Assembly: GCA_021786315.1 (NCBI GenBank)
Contig: JAJYNN010000002.1
Location: 462,997 to 526,996, forward strand
DNA: 64,000 bases
Source: a bacterium
GTDB lineage: Bacteria > Patescibacteriota > Microgenomatia > Daviesbacterales > UBA10151
Direction of reading: 5' to 3'
Below the pieces are notes generated by a model, which saw only the letters and a program-made list of their open reading frames with translations, did no database searches and had not been told where the DNA came from. Positions 35,623 through 46,758 of the stretch are shown in pieces. Position 1 is the stretch's first letter. Each line of letters opens with the position of its first letter. Both the position numbers and the translations under genes were made by a program.

Positions 35623-37640
35623 AAGATAAAATTTTAATCGTAATTTTGGGCTTCATTTTTACTGCCGTTTTTAGCTGGCCGTTTATTACTAAACTGCCGG
35701 CTTTCTCTTACGATCGGGGGGATTACCAGCTAACCGGCGGGGCGCTGTCTTATAACGAATATAGTATCCGCACCGGAAGGATTTTTAACCGCCAAGAATA
35801 CTTTAATGGTTACCAGTTTTATCCGCAGCCTGATACCTTAGTATATTCTGACCTGCGACTGGTTCCTTCCTTGATTTATTCTCCCATCTATTGGCTTACC
35901 CACAACTTTATTTTTTCCGTCAATACAACTACTTTTTTGACTTTTGTCCTAAGTTTTATTTCCGGTTTCTACTTTCTTTACTTTTTTACCAAACACAAAT
36001 TGGCCAGCATTGTTGGTGCCTTAGTTTTTACCTTCAACCCTTTAACCTACTCCCGTTTCCCGGAACACTTTGAGCTTCTGAATAAATACTTCCTGCCCCT
36101 GGTATTTCTCTTTGCCTTTAAATTTTTCACTAAGCCGAACTTTAAAAATGCCGTCTTTTTCTTTTTATTCCTGACCCTTAATGCTTTTTCGGCCACTTAC
36201 TTTCAGCTTTTTTCTTTCTTGATTCTGCCCGTTTTTGCCTTACCTTTTGTGGTCCAAAATTTCCGGCAAAAGCATTTTGAATATTTTGGCAATCTAATTA
36301 AGTTTAGTTTGGTTTTTATTATATTTATTCCGGTCTTTTGGTACTTTGACAGCGCTTATACCAACTTTTCCAGCCTGGAAAACTCCAGGAGAACAATTAC
36401 TGAAACCTCCTTTCTCTCTGCCCGACTGATCGATTACTTTGCCTCAACGCCAAATAATTTCTTATACGGGCCGTTTGTTAAAAGCATTGAGGAATTCCGC
36501 GCTCCCTTGGATCTGCAGGGGATCTACGGCAATTTTAATTACCAGGAACATACATTGTTCCTCAATATTATTCCGATGGTTTTGTTTATTCTTGGGGCAG
36601 GTGCGTGGTATCAAAGATTTAAGAGAAAAGAACTTCCTAAAACAGAGAAAACCTTATTTGTAAGTTTTTCTGTTGTTTTGGTTTCCACCTTTCTTCTTAG
36701 TTTCGGGCCTTATTTTGAGGGCTGGAACCTGAACGAGAGCAGCTTTCCTCTGCCCTACTATCTTCTCTATAAATTCATTCCTTTCCTGGAAGGCATCAGA
36801 GCTCCTACTAGAATCCTCTTTGTTTTTTACCTCCCCTTCTCCTTATTTACCGCCTATGGGGCCATCAAACTGTTAAGAAGCGGGAAAAGGAAAACAATGA
36901 TTATTTTTGGTGTAATCCTCGCCCTTTTATGGCTGGAAAATTTTACACCCGAACCTCAGGGTAAGTCATATGATACTCAATCCGCGGTTACTCCCCAGAT
37001 AGAATCGAGAATCGCTAAATTGGAGTTTTTACAAGACAAGAATACCCTGCATTTGCCTGTTATAGCACCTTCGGGGGATATAGAGAGTATCTATCTCCCT
37101 TGGGCTGCCGAAACCCACGAGAGGATTGTTAACGGCAACCGGGGCAGTTTCTTATCGGGCGAGCAGGGAGCGTTTTTAAAGGAGCTCAGTGAGAAACTGG
37201 ATGAAGATGAAATAAAAAAACTCCTCGCTTTAAAGGTCAATTATATTGTTTTCCATAAGGATCTTCTCGGAAAAGACTTTGGGGTTTACGGAAAATGGCA
37301 AAACCTGTACCAAAAAGGGGAAATTTATGAAGACAAGGAGATAATGGTGGTGGACTTATCGAAATACAATCTGGCTTTTACTATCTGTGATTTTAATAAG
37401 GATTTTGATGTCAGTGCAAAACAAGCCCAAATAAGAGAGGGCGGGCAAACTTTTTATGTTGTAGAGCTGAAGAATAAATCTGATTGTTACTACCCGGCAA
37501 TTTACCGCGATAAGTATAAAGAGGTTGATTTTTATATTAACCTGATTAAGCATATGGCTTTGATTAAACTCCCGCCGGTAATAGAACCAAACCAGACACT
37601 AACCTTTGCTGAAGTTTATAATAACTTAAGATGGAAATAG
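35619..37640 (+). CDS. Multi-TM GT-C/YfhO-like protein
   Basis: Multi-TM; IRAPTR motif. Confidence 0.7.
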   Translation: MKDKILIVILGFIFTAVFSWPFITKLPAFSYDRGDYQLTGGALSYNEYSIRTGRIFNRQEYFNGYQFYPQPDTLVYSDLRLVPSLIYSPIYWLTHNFIFSVNTTTFLTFVLSFISGFYFLYFFTKHKLASIVGALVFTFNPLTYSRFPEHFELLNKYFLPLVFLFAFKFFTKPNFKNAVFFFLFLTLNAFSATYFQLFSFLILPVFALPFVVQNFRQKHFEYFGNLIKFSLVFIIFIPVFWYFDSAYTNFSSLENSRRTITETSFLSARLIDYFASTPNNFLYGPFVKSIEEFRAPLDLQGIYGNFNYQEHTLFLNIIPMVLFILGAGAWYQRFKRKELPKTEKTLFVSFSVVLVSTFLLSFGPYFEGWNLNESSFPLPYYLLYKFIPFLEGIRAPTRILFVFYLPFSLFTAYGAIKLLRSGKRKTMIIFGVILALLWLENFTPEPQGKSYDTQSAVTPQIESRIAKLEFLQDKNTLHLPVIAPSGDIESIYLPWAAETHERIVNGNRGSFLSGEQGAFLKELSEKLDEDEIKKLLALKVNYIVFHKDLLGKDFGVYGKWQNLYQKGEIYEDKEIMVVDLSKYNLAFTICDFNKDFDVSAKQAQIREGGQTFYVVELKNKSDCYYPAIYRDKYKEVDFYINLIKHMALIKLPPVIEPNQTLTFAEVYNNLRWK

Positions 37641-37647
37641 ACAAATT

Positions 37648-39138
37648 ATGAATTTAGAATTCAGAATTAAGAATTGGAATTGGTTATATTGGACTATACC
37701 GGTCTTTCTTTTTTTTGCTCAATGGATATTTACAGCTAACTCTATGTCTCAAATCCGCTACGAAGAACTGGCAGAATCTGTCCGTAACCCTTTTTGGCTC
37801 CAAAACCACACAATATATGACGGCGTTTCCAGTAATGTGGGGTGGTACGGAACTTTGCTGGTTATATATAAAATATTGGGGTTTACCTTAAATACAGCCA
37901 AGATCTACCGGTTAGTACTATCTTTAATATCGCTGTTTTCTTTAGCAGCATTGCTTAAAAAATTCCTTGGGGAGAAGTATGCCTGGATTCCACTTGTGAC
38001 AATTGGGTTGTCCCCCACTCTTTTGTATTTTAATACCTTACAAACTTCTTATGGCCTTGACCTGCAGTATTTCCCGATAACTTTATACCTTCTATCGACC
38101 ATAGACTTTAAGAAACTTTGGAATTCATTGTTCAAACAATCCTTAGTTTTTACAATTGCCATGATAGCCTGGATGTCCTATCCGACGTTCGTTTTCTATC
38201 TGCCGATTTTAGGGTTGGTATACCTTTATCAAATAAAAACACAGAAAGTCTATAGAAATTTCCTGCTCCTTGCCGGCGGTATCCTTGTTTCGTTTATATC
38301 ATTTGCCGCCCCTGTTGTTTTGGCTTTCCTTTACGTTAAGGATAAAAATCTATTGTTTTATGACCCCAAGGTCCAAAGCGGAATTTTCCGGGGAGCAGGA
38401 ACCCTGTATTTGAACTGGGGTAACTTTTGGCAAAACTTCTCAGGGACTTTGGGTGATCTCTTTAACTCGGCAGGAAGTTATTACTTTGAGGTATCTGTAG
38501 TGGATTTTTCCCACCTTCTTCCGCTTTTGGCAGTATTCTTCGTGGTTATTTTAGGAATTGTTTTAACGTTTCACCAGAAGAAAGCCCGCTTTCCGCTAAT
38601 CCTTATCTGGTTGGTGTTTATCACCAGTTTGATATTGGCAAACTTAACTTTTGATCCCAGCGGTAAGCCCGGTATCCGCCGCAGTACCAGTCTTCTGGCT
38701 AGCGTCTATGCCCTGTTTACAGTTTGCTGGTACTATACTGCGAAATGGAAAACTGAAAATTCCTCACTTAAAGTATTTGTTGTTGCCCTGCTCCTTATAA
38801 TCCCATTTCATCACCTATTGGCAATACCTTTTAACTTAGGAAACTTAACAGTGTCCAGCCCTTACCGGTACTCACTGCTCTTTGATGCAGCGGATACTCC
38901 GGCAAAGTCCTTAGATTTATTTATAGATGCCGCCCGGAAGCAAGACCTAAAACTGGGATGTAAAGACAAGGACGGGAAAGAAGCCACTTGCCGCTACGTC
39001 GAAGGCTATGCGGCAGTTGCTGGGTCTTGCCTGTGGAATAACTTAAACTGCCGTCCTATTTTAGGTTATGACGATAAAAAACAAGAGTTTATCCCCCTCA
39101 AGGTAGACCTTTGGGAAACCTACTACTGGAACCATTAA
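37648..39138 (+). CDS. Multi-TM GT-C-like protein
   Basis: RYEE acidic motif after the first TM; many TMs. Confidence 0.65.
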   Translation: MNLEFRIKNWNWLYWTIPVFLFFAQWIFTANSMSQIRYEELAESVRNPFWLQNHTIYDGVSSNVGWYGTLLVIYKILGFTLNTAKIYRLVLSLISLFSLAALLKKFLGEKYAWIPLVTIGLSPTLLYFNTLQTSYGLDLQYFPITLYLLSTIDFKKLWNSLFKQSLVFTIAMIAWMSYPTFVFYLPILGLVYLYQIKTQKVYRNFLLLAGGILVSFISFAAPVVLAFLYVKDKNLLFYDPKVQSGIFRGAGTLYLNWGNFWQNFSGTLGDLFNSAGSYYFEVSVVDFSHLLPLLAVFFVVILGIVLTFHQKKARFPLILIWLVFITSLILANLTFDPSGKPGIRRSTSLLASVYALFTVCWYYTAKWKTENSSLKVFVVALLLIIPFHHLLAIPFNLGNLTVSSPYRYSLLFDAADTPAKSLDLFIDAARKQDLKLGCKDKDGKEATCRYVEGYAAVAGSCLWNNLNCRPILGYDDKKQEFIPLKVDLWETYYWNH

Positions 39139-39140
39139 AG

Positions 39141-40634
39141 TTATTTTCTTTCCGACAGTGGCTTTAGTTTGGCAACGACAACCGAATATCCGTTTTGCTG
39201 GCCAACTAACACCTTCTCGGTGACATTCTTATTAATATAATCAGCCAGGATTTGATGTGGAATCCAGGTAAAAATTATATAGTCAGTTGAGTCTAAAACC
39301 TTCTTATATTTCACCGGATCAATGGGGAAATAGGGATCAGCAGTTTCATAAAACCTTAAGTTGGGATTATTTTTTAAATCAAAATATGGATCCGGTGTGG
39401 CTGATATAAATATCCCGGCCTTTTTATCCGGAGGGATCTCTTTCATCAGGTAATTTTCAATTGCGGCAGTATACTGATGATAGCTGTAACTACTTGTGCT
39501 CCAAAGAGACCTTTTACCGGAATCGGTTATTGCCAAATTGTCGTTGTTAAAAAACTGAATATTTAGATTAGCGATAACCAAAAGCAGGGGAACAATAAAT
39601 ATAACATTGGGAAGGTCATTTTTTATAAACCCGGCAGTTGCTAAAACTGATACCAACGCCAAAATTAGGAATGGCTGAAAGTAAAGCATATATCCCCCCT
39701 CTTTGGCCAGAAGTGAAAAAACAGCTGATACGGTTAAAGCAATGAACAAGGTCCGCAGCTTTTCATCAGCGCGGTTTTGAACAAAGCGGAACAAAAAGAT
39801 TAGGGCAATTGCAAACTCCATGGTTAGAAGAAAACGCCAGGATAAATCAGAGCTCCAGAGGACAAAAGCGAAAGGAGGCTTCAGACTTTTATCATGAAAG
39901 TGAGTCAGGAGGCTTTGGGCAAGCGGGAGGATTTGCTGCTGGTTGGTAAGAAACCATAGGAATATTCCTCCGGCAACAGGCAATCCGGCAAAGATTAAGC
40001 GGTAAAACTTCTTTTTTACGGAAGTATTCTGGAAAATAATTATCAGGAGAAGTATCAGCGGGACCATTGTTCCGGTGGGGTGAGTGAGTGCTGCCAGGGC
40101 AGCGAAGGTCCCCGGTATCAGGTAAAAAGAGAGCCTCTTTTTTGACTGGGCCAAAATAGCAGTCCAAAAACAGAGCATCATAAACAAAAGCATCTGCATT
40201 TCCATCCTCCCTAAGTGAGATGCCCGGGTAAAATTAATATTTAAAGAAAGAAGTAATGTTCCCAGAAAGGCCCAAGAGTGCCGTTTGAATATACGTTTGG
40301 CAGTGAGATAAAACACCGCTAAGGTGATGATGGCCAGAAATAAAGAAAAAGCCCGCAAAACTTCAATGCTTTGTCCAAAGAGGCCAATCCACCCGGACAT
40401 AAGATAAAAGTAAAGCGGCGGGTATCCAAGTTGGGTTTTTTCCAGGTCGGGGAAGATACCTCCGTAGATATTGGTAGAGATAGCTCCATGGATTAAGAGG
40501 TTGTCCGCCATCTGGTAAAAGACCGGTTCATCCGGCCAGACCGGCGGGTCTTTGAGGAAGAAAAGGTGGTTGACAAAAAGGAAAGGCAGAAGGGCCAGGG
40601 AGATGAAGATGAAGTACCGCCAGAAAACTTTCAT
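39141..40634 (-). CDS. GT-C glycosyltransferase (paralog of 32561-34075)
   Basis: DPPVWPDE, YPPLY and ISATPDPYF shared with the 32561 ORF. Confidence 0.8.
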   Translation of the reverse strand: MKVFWRYFIFISLALLPFLFVNHLFFLKDPPVWPDEPVFYQMADNLLIHGAISTNIYGGIFPDLEKTQLGYPPLYFYLMSGWIGLFGQSIEVLRAFSLFLAIITLAVFYLTAKRIFKRHSWAFLGTLLLSLNINFTRASHLGRMEMQMLLFMMLCFWTAILAQSKKRLSFYLIPGTFAALAALTHPTGTMVPLILLLIIIFQNTSVKKKFYRLIFAGLPVAGGIFLWFLTNQQQILPLAQSLLTHFHDKSLKPPFAFVLWSSDLSWRFLLTMEFAIALIFLFRFVQNRADEKLRTLFIALTVSAVFSLLAKEGGYMLYFQPFLILALVSVLATAGFIKNDLPNVIFIVPLLLVIANLNIQFFNNDNLAITDSGKRSLWSTSSYSYHQYTAAIENYLMKEIPPDKKAGIFISATPDPYFDLKNNPNLRFYETADPYFPIDPVKYKKVLDSTDYIIFTWIPHQILADYINKNVTEKVLVGQQNGYSVVVAKLKPLSERK

Positions 40635-40641
40635 TTCCTCT

Positions 40642-42450
40642 TCATTTTACCTGATAAAGGGCATCAAAAAACATCCGCTGAATCGGGTGTCGTTTGTGGA
40701 GTTTTAAAAGCTTCCAAACATTCGGAATAGGATACTCATTTCTTTTAATATTGGAGTTGTCAGTAGTACGGGATTTTCGCCACTGTTTGGTATAAAACAT
40801 GCCGCGAGTTAGCCGGTCAATTTGCCTTAAATAGTTATCTATCTGTGGGCGGGTCATCTCATGAAGGGAGCTGATATTCAAAAACAGGTCAAAACTTTTA
40901 TCCGGCAGATATTCCATTTGTTGCGGCATTAAAAACCTAATACGGGCCGATTCAAATTCCCTTTTGATCTCCTTATAGGAAGCAAAAGGCCGGAAGCGGA
41001 AAATTTTTTCCCGGGGGTAAAGTTGGCTTAAATACTCCTGGGAGATAAACAATGCCGGGGGAATATCGATGATTGTGTATTTTGCCTTTGGTTTCGCCTG
41101 CAGAAAAGCATAACTAAGCCTACCGTAACCTGCTCCCAGCTCGGCAATATTTTTAGCCCCTCCTCTGCCTTTGGCAGAGTAGAATTCATAAACGGAGTTG
41201 CAAAGATCCTGGGAGATAACTTTTCCTTTATATCTGATAGCATACGGGTCTCCCAGCAGTGGTTCCTCTAATTTGTGCAGAAGTTTTAATTTATCGATGC
41301 GGGAAACATAATCGTAAAGATAAGCAACGGAGATGCGGTAGATGAAGCTGCTTACCAGGTTAAATCTTTGGATACCTGTTTGCGCCGTCGGTTTAATATT
41401 GTGACTTCTGAAAATGGGTGACAAGCTGCCTCTTACAAGCTCGCTAAAAATAGGTAATAGCTGCTGGGCTAAGATTTCCCAGGTTACCCAGTTAAAATAC
41501 TGGGTGTTTACCGAGCGCTTAAAGCCGATAAGACCCGAGGTTATCAGGTTGCGCGTGTGGCTGCGGTTTAGCTTTTTCCAAAAAGCTGAGGGTTGGTAGA
41601 TAGGAGGAGCTTGTTTAAGATGTTCTGCCATCGTTTTTAGCTCCTGCTGTTTGTCTTTGGACAACCCCAAAGAAGCACGCTCTTTGGCAGTTGTTTGATC
41701 TTTCCTTAGATATATCTTTCGGGTTTGGGCGACAAACCAAATTTTCCAGATGTAGAAAAAGATCAACACCGCCCATTTGGCTTGATCCAGAAAAGTCTCA
41801 GTAATGGATGACTTTCCTACCCGTCTGCGAAAATTGACCGGGATTTCAATAAACTTTACATTATTTTTTGCCGCCACAAGAACCCACTCAGTAATAAAGA
41901 TAGCTCCGTCGGACTGACATTCCTTAACAACTTTGTCCCAACCCCGGCGGTTAGTAAGCCTGAGGATACACCCAACATCGGTCAACCGGCTGCATAAGAA
42001 AAGGGTATTGATCAACCTGCCAAACAAAAAATCGAGCATCCGGCGGATAAAATGCATTGAGGCTCCCTTCTCAATCATTGAATAGTGGGTGCGGGTGGCA
42101 AAAACGGTATCAAAATCCTCACTGTAGGATAGAAGTTTGGCGACATCCTTACCGGAAAAGGTGCCGTCCGGCTCGGCAATAATCAGAAGTTCTGCTTTAG
42201 TAGAGGCAATACCTTTACGGATAGCGCTGCCTACTCCCTGGCGTGCTTCTTTGACCAGTTTTGCCCGGGTCTTCTGCACCTCTTTTTCAGTGCCTGTTTC
42301 GGCATTGTTATCAACTACAATGATCTCGTCGATGTATCCAGAGGCATCAAATTCGCGGATAGCTTTGTAGATTGAGCCTTTTTCTCTAAAGGTGGGGAAA
42401 ATTACAGCTACCTTTTTACCTTTCCACATAATATGCCCCGATTCTACCAT
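40642..42450 (-). CDS. GT2 (DPM-synthase-like) fused to a putative sugar O-methyltransferase
   Basis: VVDNN, EPDGT N-terminally; ELGAGYGR, IIDIP, NISSLHEM C-terminally. Confidence 0.85.
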   Translation of the reverse strand: MVESGHIMWKGKKVAVIFPTFREKGSIYKAIREFDASGYIDEIIVVDNNAETGTEKEVQKTRAKLVKEARQGVGSAIRKGIASTKAELLIIAEPDGTFSGKDVAKLLSYSEDFDTVFATRTHYSMIEKGASMHFIRRMLDFLFGRLINTLFLCSRLTDVGCILRLTNRRGWDKVVKECQSDGAIFITEWVLVAAKNNVKFIEIPVNFRRRVGKSSITETFLDQAKWAVLIFFYIWKIWFVAQTRKIYLRKDQTTAKERASLGLSKDKQQELKTMAEHLKQAPPIYQPSAFWKKLNRSHTRNLITSGLIGFKRSVNTQYFNWVTWEILAQQLLPIFSELVRGSLSPIFRSHNIKPTAQTGIQRFNLVSSFIYRISVAYLYDYVSRIDKLKLLHKLEEPLLGDPYAIRYKGKVISQDLCNSVYEFYSAKGRGGAKNIAELGAGYGRLSYAFLQAKPKAKYTIIDIPPALFISQEYLSQLYPREKIFRFRPFASYKEIKREFESARIRFLMPQQMEYLPDKSFDLFLNISSLHEMTRPQIDNYLRQIDRLTRGMFYTKQWRKSRTTDNSNIKRNEYPIPNVWKLLKLHKRHPIQRMFFDALYQVK

Positions 42451-42491
42451 ATGTATTTCTTATTTTTAGACATTTGTGTAAGATCAGTGAT

Positions 42492-43394
42492 ATGAAAAGC
42501 GCTTGTAGACTTTGCGGAAGTGGAAACATTGCCAGTTTAAGCAAAAGCATGGATTATTCCCAATGCGGTGATTGTCAATTTGTCTGGAGTAAAAAAAGCC
42601 AAAATGTACACTACAATGCGGACTATTACCAAGGACGATCTTCACTTCTTTCAGCTGTCTTTTGCCTCATCTTTAACTTCTTCTATTGGCTCAGACGACA
42701 GTATGTAGGTGATAAGAAATATAAACTGTGGATTGATGTTGGGGCTGGTGACGGAGCTTTTCTAAAAACTGTAAAAGCAGACAAGCGAATTGGAGTGGAG
42801 ATCTCTTCCTCAGGAAGACAGATGATGCAGGATTTAGGACTAGATGTCCTCTCAGATAAGGAATTTCTAAAAAAATCCTGCTTTAAAGCCGATGTGATCT
42901 CTTTTTGGCATGTGTTGGAACATACCTCGGATCCGGAGAGTTATATCCAAGCCGCCAAACAAAACTTAGCCCCAACAGGCAAACTTGTTATTGGTGTTCC
43001 CAATATCAGCAGTTGGGAGTTTAAGCTGTTTGGCAAAAAGTGGTTTCACTATGCCCACCCTTACCATCAAAGGCACTTTTCTCCCAGTTCTCTTGGTTTT
43101 CTGCTGCAAAAAAATGGATTTCGAGTTAAGAAGAAGGATTACTTTTCTCCTGAGCATCATTTTTCCGGATTGTTGCAGTCATTTATTAACTGGCGGTCCG
43201 ACTCCAAGGATGTGTTGCATAAGCTAACCAAAAGAAGTTCGGAACAGTTTACGGGGATGAGTTTTGCCAACTGGCTTTGGGTATTATTTTGGATAAGTTT
43301 AGGACTTCCTTTAGTAGCTGCCTTCTGGGTTTTTGCTTCTTTGACTGGGCGCCCCGGAGCATTTGTGGTGGTAGCTACCCTTAAAAAACGTTAA
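42492..43394 (+). CDS. Class I SAM methyltransferase
   Basis: CRLC, DVGAGDG, WHVLEH, VPN. Confidence 0.88.
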   Translation: MKSACRLCGSGNIASLSKSMDYSQCGDCQFVWSKKSQNVHYNADYYQGRSSLLSAVFCLIFNFFYWLRRQYVGDKKYKLWIDVGAGDGAFLKTVKADKRIGVEISSSGRQMMQDLGLDVLSDKEFLKKSCFKADVISFWHVLEHTSDPESYIQAAKQNLAPTGKLVIGVPNISSWEFKLFGKKWFHYAHPYHQRHFSPSSLGFLLQKNGFRVKKKDYFSPEHHFSGLLQSFINWRSDSKDVLHKLTKRSSEQFTGMSFANWLWVLFWISLGLPLVAAFWVFASLTGRPGAFVVVATLKKR

Positions 43395-44944
43395 TCTTTG
43401 GAATAGATAATTAGATCTTTGCTTTGGAAAACCGGTTTTAAGAAAGAATACCCTAAGACCTTTGCTTGTGGGTTTTGGCCCAATTGTTTTTCTTCTTCGC
43501 CCCAAACTATGTAGGTAATATCTGCCTGATCCAAAAATCTTTTCGCGCTTTCCGTAGAAACTTTTTGAGAATAAAAAGCTGCCAGATTTTGAATTTTTTC
43601 TGAAGCATGGGGAGTCTGTAATAAATGGCCAAAATACACTCTTGCTTTTGTATTAGCAGGTATATAGTTTCCTAAAGTATATCCGCTTAAAACCCCGGCA
43701 TTGTCTTTATCGGCCAGATAGTCTAGAGCGTTTTTTTCGTCAATACTTAAATAAAACCAATGGTTGTCCTTTTTAACCTCCTGAATCCGTTCACTAAACA
43801 TAAAAAAGCTGGAAATAGATGTTAACACCAGAAACAATCCTATCAATATTTTTAAAGGCAATTTGGAAGTTTTAGAAATCTGGTCTAAAGCGAAGACAGA
43901 GAGAATAATTCCCGGGAAAAATAACCCTCTCAAATAAAATCGGGCAAATCCCAGGGGAATAAAGGCTAAAATTATACTTGTTATGAACCAAACATTCAGG
44001 AACATAACCCCCTCCCCTTTTGGCTTTTTTATGAACTGATAGATTAACAACGGGGTTAATACTCCATAGCCCGAGATAATCTGAAAGATATTAGGTGTGG
44101 TTAGATTTTGGGAAAGTACGCCGGAAAAACCATTATTCCCTTTTAAACTGAGGAAATAAGCCCAAAAGACAATTACTGCTGGTGTAAAGATAAGTAAAAA
44201 ATTGAAGAAAGGCTTTTTTTCTCCATCACGGAAATACAGGATTAGGGAATAAAGACCGGCTATAATGGCAAAACTCGCCAGGTAATAGGGGTAAAAAATG
44301 ACCAGAAAGCCAAGAGAAATAAGAGAAAAAACAAGCCATTTTCTTGTCTCCTCTTTTGTCGCTAAATAGAAGCTAACTAAAGATAGAAGATAAAAAATGA
44401 TTCCAAAGGCTTCATGGGGACGCTGGAATTGGCTGGCAAAAGTAAATCCGGTGATATAAAGGTCCGAGGATTGGAAATTAGGAAAAAATAACCATCCCAC
44501 TCCTCCACCCAGGGCAATGGCGATAGTTGCCATCAGTGAAATAAAACGGGCTTTTAAAAAGATCCTGCACAAAAACCAAAGTGTAACAAGCAGGATAAAA
44601 CCTGAGATAATTGCTGCCAGGTGAAAAAGTAACTGCGGTGAAGTTTGGGGAAACGCAAATCCTGTCAGTGTATAGACAGGATACATCAGCACTGAAGGAT
44701 GCGTTTGGGCAGTGTAGGTATTTTGCAGCAGTAGTCCGTGTCCTTGCCCCCACCTGATTGCTGCCACGTAAACATTGATATCCCAGGGGTCAAACCAGGA
44801 AGCCTGACCGGAAAAACTCTTTCCGGAAGGAGTGTTTTGCCAAGCGTAATAATCAGGAAAATGATAAACAAAAAGTATGGAGATGGATAATAGGAGAAGG
44901 GCAATAATTGTAAATATCTGTTTTTGTTTCATAACTACCACCAA
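43391..44944 (-). CDS. Multi-TM GT-C-like membrane protein
   Basis: DPWDINVY acidic loop; many TMs. Confidence 0.65.
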   Translation of the reverse strand: MVVVMKQKQIFTIIALLLLSISILFVYHFPDYYAWQNTPSGKSFSGQASWFDPWDINVYVAAIRWGQGHGLLLQNTYTAQTHPSVLMYPVYTLTGFAFPQTSPQLLFHLAAIISGFILLVTLWFLCRIFLKARFISLMATIAIALGGGVGWLFFPNFQSSDLYITGFTFASQFQRPHEAFGIIFYLLSLVSFYLATKEETRKWLVFSLISLGFLVIFYPYYLASFAIIAGLYSLILYFRDGEKKPFFNFLLIFTPAVIVFWAYFLSLKGNNGFSGVLSQNLTTPNIFQIISGYGVLTPLLIYQFIKKPKGEGVMFLNVWFITSIILAFIPLGFARFYLRGLFFPGIILSVFALDQISKTSKLPLKILIGLFLVLTSISSFFMFSERIQEVKKDNHWFYLSIDEKNALDYLADKDNAGVLSGYTLGNYIPANTKARVYFGHLLQTPHASEKIQNLAAFYSQKVSTESAKRFLDQADITYIVWGEEEKQLGQNPQAKVLGYSFLKPVFQSKDLIIYSKD

Positions 44945-46683
44945 TAAGGATTTTTCGATTTTTCCAGGTATTTTTGGATAGTTGGCGGGACAAAAATACT
45001 GTTTTGGGTATTAGCTAAGTTAGCCATTACCAGGTTTCCAACCGGAGAATCAGGAAAAAGGCTTAAGGCTTTTTCATCGAAAGCTTTAGCGCTGTTTAGA
45101 TTTTCCGTATTAAAGAGAAAGATGCTTGTTCTAAGGTATGACAAGTGGTTATCAAAAGAATAATCATCAGGTTTAATTTGGTCGAGGTCGATTGCTTTTA
45201 ACCCCAGTCTTTGGGCCGCCTCATCTTTTACTAAAATAATCATAAAATCATCCAGATAGACAACTTTCCACCTCGGATCTTTGGTGATAAAACTAAAGAA
45301 GGTTTTGGCCCAGGGAGTTTGGTCGGTGTGAGAGAAGATGATGGTTTGGAAATTATAATGTTTGTCCGCCTCGGCAAAATTTTCCGGAGACTCCTGCATG
45401 GGTATATAAATTTTTTGGAAAAAGCTGGCAGGATAGGCTTCCGGACGGCCGTCAACAAAGACTTTATACCGGGGGAATCCCCGGTAAATAATATAACTCC
45501 CAATATCAAAATTATTAAAAATTGGTTGGGGCAAGTTGTGGTCTAAAACAAAGTCCATCGCTTTCTGAACTTGGGCGCGATATTCAATTTTAGGTAAAGT
45601 GTTTTTATCACTATACCTATAGTAATCGCCGTCCAGGTAAATGAAGCTTTCAAAAAGCAAGATTGCAATAGTCAGCCCTGCTATGGATATAGTAATCCAT
45701 GATTTTTTAATGGTACCAAAATTTAAAACTGCGGCGGGTAAAGTAATTAAAGCTAAGTAGGGAAAACTACGGACATTAGCTAAGGCTAGTATTATTCCGG
45801 CAGAAACAAGTAAAGAATTTTTAAGGGAAAAGTTACGGCGGACTAAAGAAACTGCCAAAGAGATTACGGCGATTAAAATTGAGAGTTTGACGAATAAATA
45901 ATCCGGATCCTTAAAATTTAAGCTTTCCAGAAGGAACATACTCTGGTTCTCGGCAATGGTATAACCATAATTCCCAAACACCTGTAACGGATAAATGAGT
46001 CCCTTAAATGTATTTGGGTTGAGTAAACTTACAAGCGGCGACAGTAAACAAACACCAAGCAGGATTTTAAAACGGGAAAAATCTTTTTTGGAAAGAAAAT
46101 GGACAAGGAAAATCCCCTGCAAAATAAACCCAACCGGGAAATAAATATGAGTATTGACCCAGAGAAATTGGATTACCGGCAAAATATAGACTAATTTCGA
46201 CTTGGTATTTTCAAATCTTGTAAGAATAAAGTATGTAAGTGCTGTAAAAAGGAAACTTAATATTTCCGGCCTGAGCTCTACCCTATCCCTTAACGTGTGC
46301 AAAAAGATAAATCCAATAGGCAACACCAAAAGGTAACTTGACCTGGGGATAACAGACAAAACCAACCCTAAAGAAACAAGCAAAAGGGCAATTTTTATCC
46401 ACAGGATTGCACCTAGCCCAATTGATTGTTTTCCGTAAAATAATAAAATCTCAAATAAATAATGGTGGTTGATAAAAGGAAAATCCGGATTTGTATAGGA
46501 AAAAAGATTTGTTTTGGGGACTTGTCCGGTGGTGGCAATTATTTCACCAAGTTTAATGTGCCTGCCTAAATCCTGGTCAAAAGAAAAATCGGTCCGGAAG
46601 GAAAAAGAGAAAACAAAAAAGAGTAACAGGATTATTGCTAAAGGGATCCTTTTAAGGGAAGCTGCCATACAACGATTGTACAA
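44935..46683 (-). CDS. Multi-TM GT-C-like membrane protein
   Basis: DQDLGRH, RPE, WVNTH, FVDGRPEAY. Confidence 0.7.
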   Translation of the reverse strand: MYNRCMAASLKRIPLAIILLLFFVFSFSFRTDFSFDQDLGRHIKLGEIIATTGQVPKTNLFSYTNPDFPFINHHYLFEILLFYGKQSIGLGAILWIKIALLLVSLGLVLSVIPRSSYLLVLPIGFIFLHTLRDRVELRPEILSFLFTALTYFILTRFENTKSKLVYILPVIQFLWVNTHIYFPVGFILQGIFLVHFLSKKDFSRFKILLGVCLLSPLVSLLNPNTFKGLIYPLQVFGNYGYTIAENQSMFLLESLNFKDPDYLFVKLSILIAVISLAVSLVRRNFSLKNSLLVSAGIILALANVRSFPYLALITLPAAVLNFGTIKKSWITISIAGLTIAILLFESFIYLDGDYYRYSDKNTLPKIEYRAQVQKAMDFVLDHNLPQPIFNNFDIGSYIIYRGFPRYKVFVDGRPEAYPASFFQKIYIPMQESPENFAEADKHYNFQTIIFSHTDQTPWAKTFFSFITKDPRWKVVYLDDFMIILVKDEAAQRLGLKAIDLDQIKPDDYSFDNHLSYLRTSIFLFNTENLNSAKAFDEKALSLFPDSPVGNLVMANLANTQNSIFVPPTIQKYLEKSKNPYWW

Positions 46684-46758
46684 CGCGGATCTCTGGTTTG
46701 TCTTGACGATATCCTATTGTGAAGGTACTATAAATCTAGAGAGGAGGTGATAATAAGT

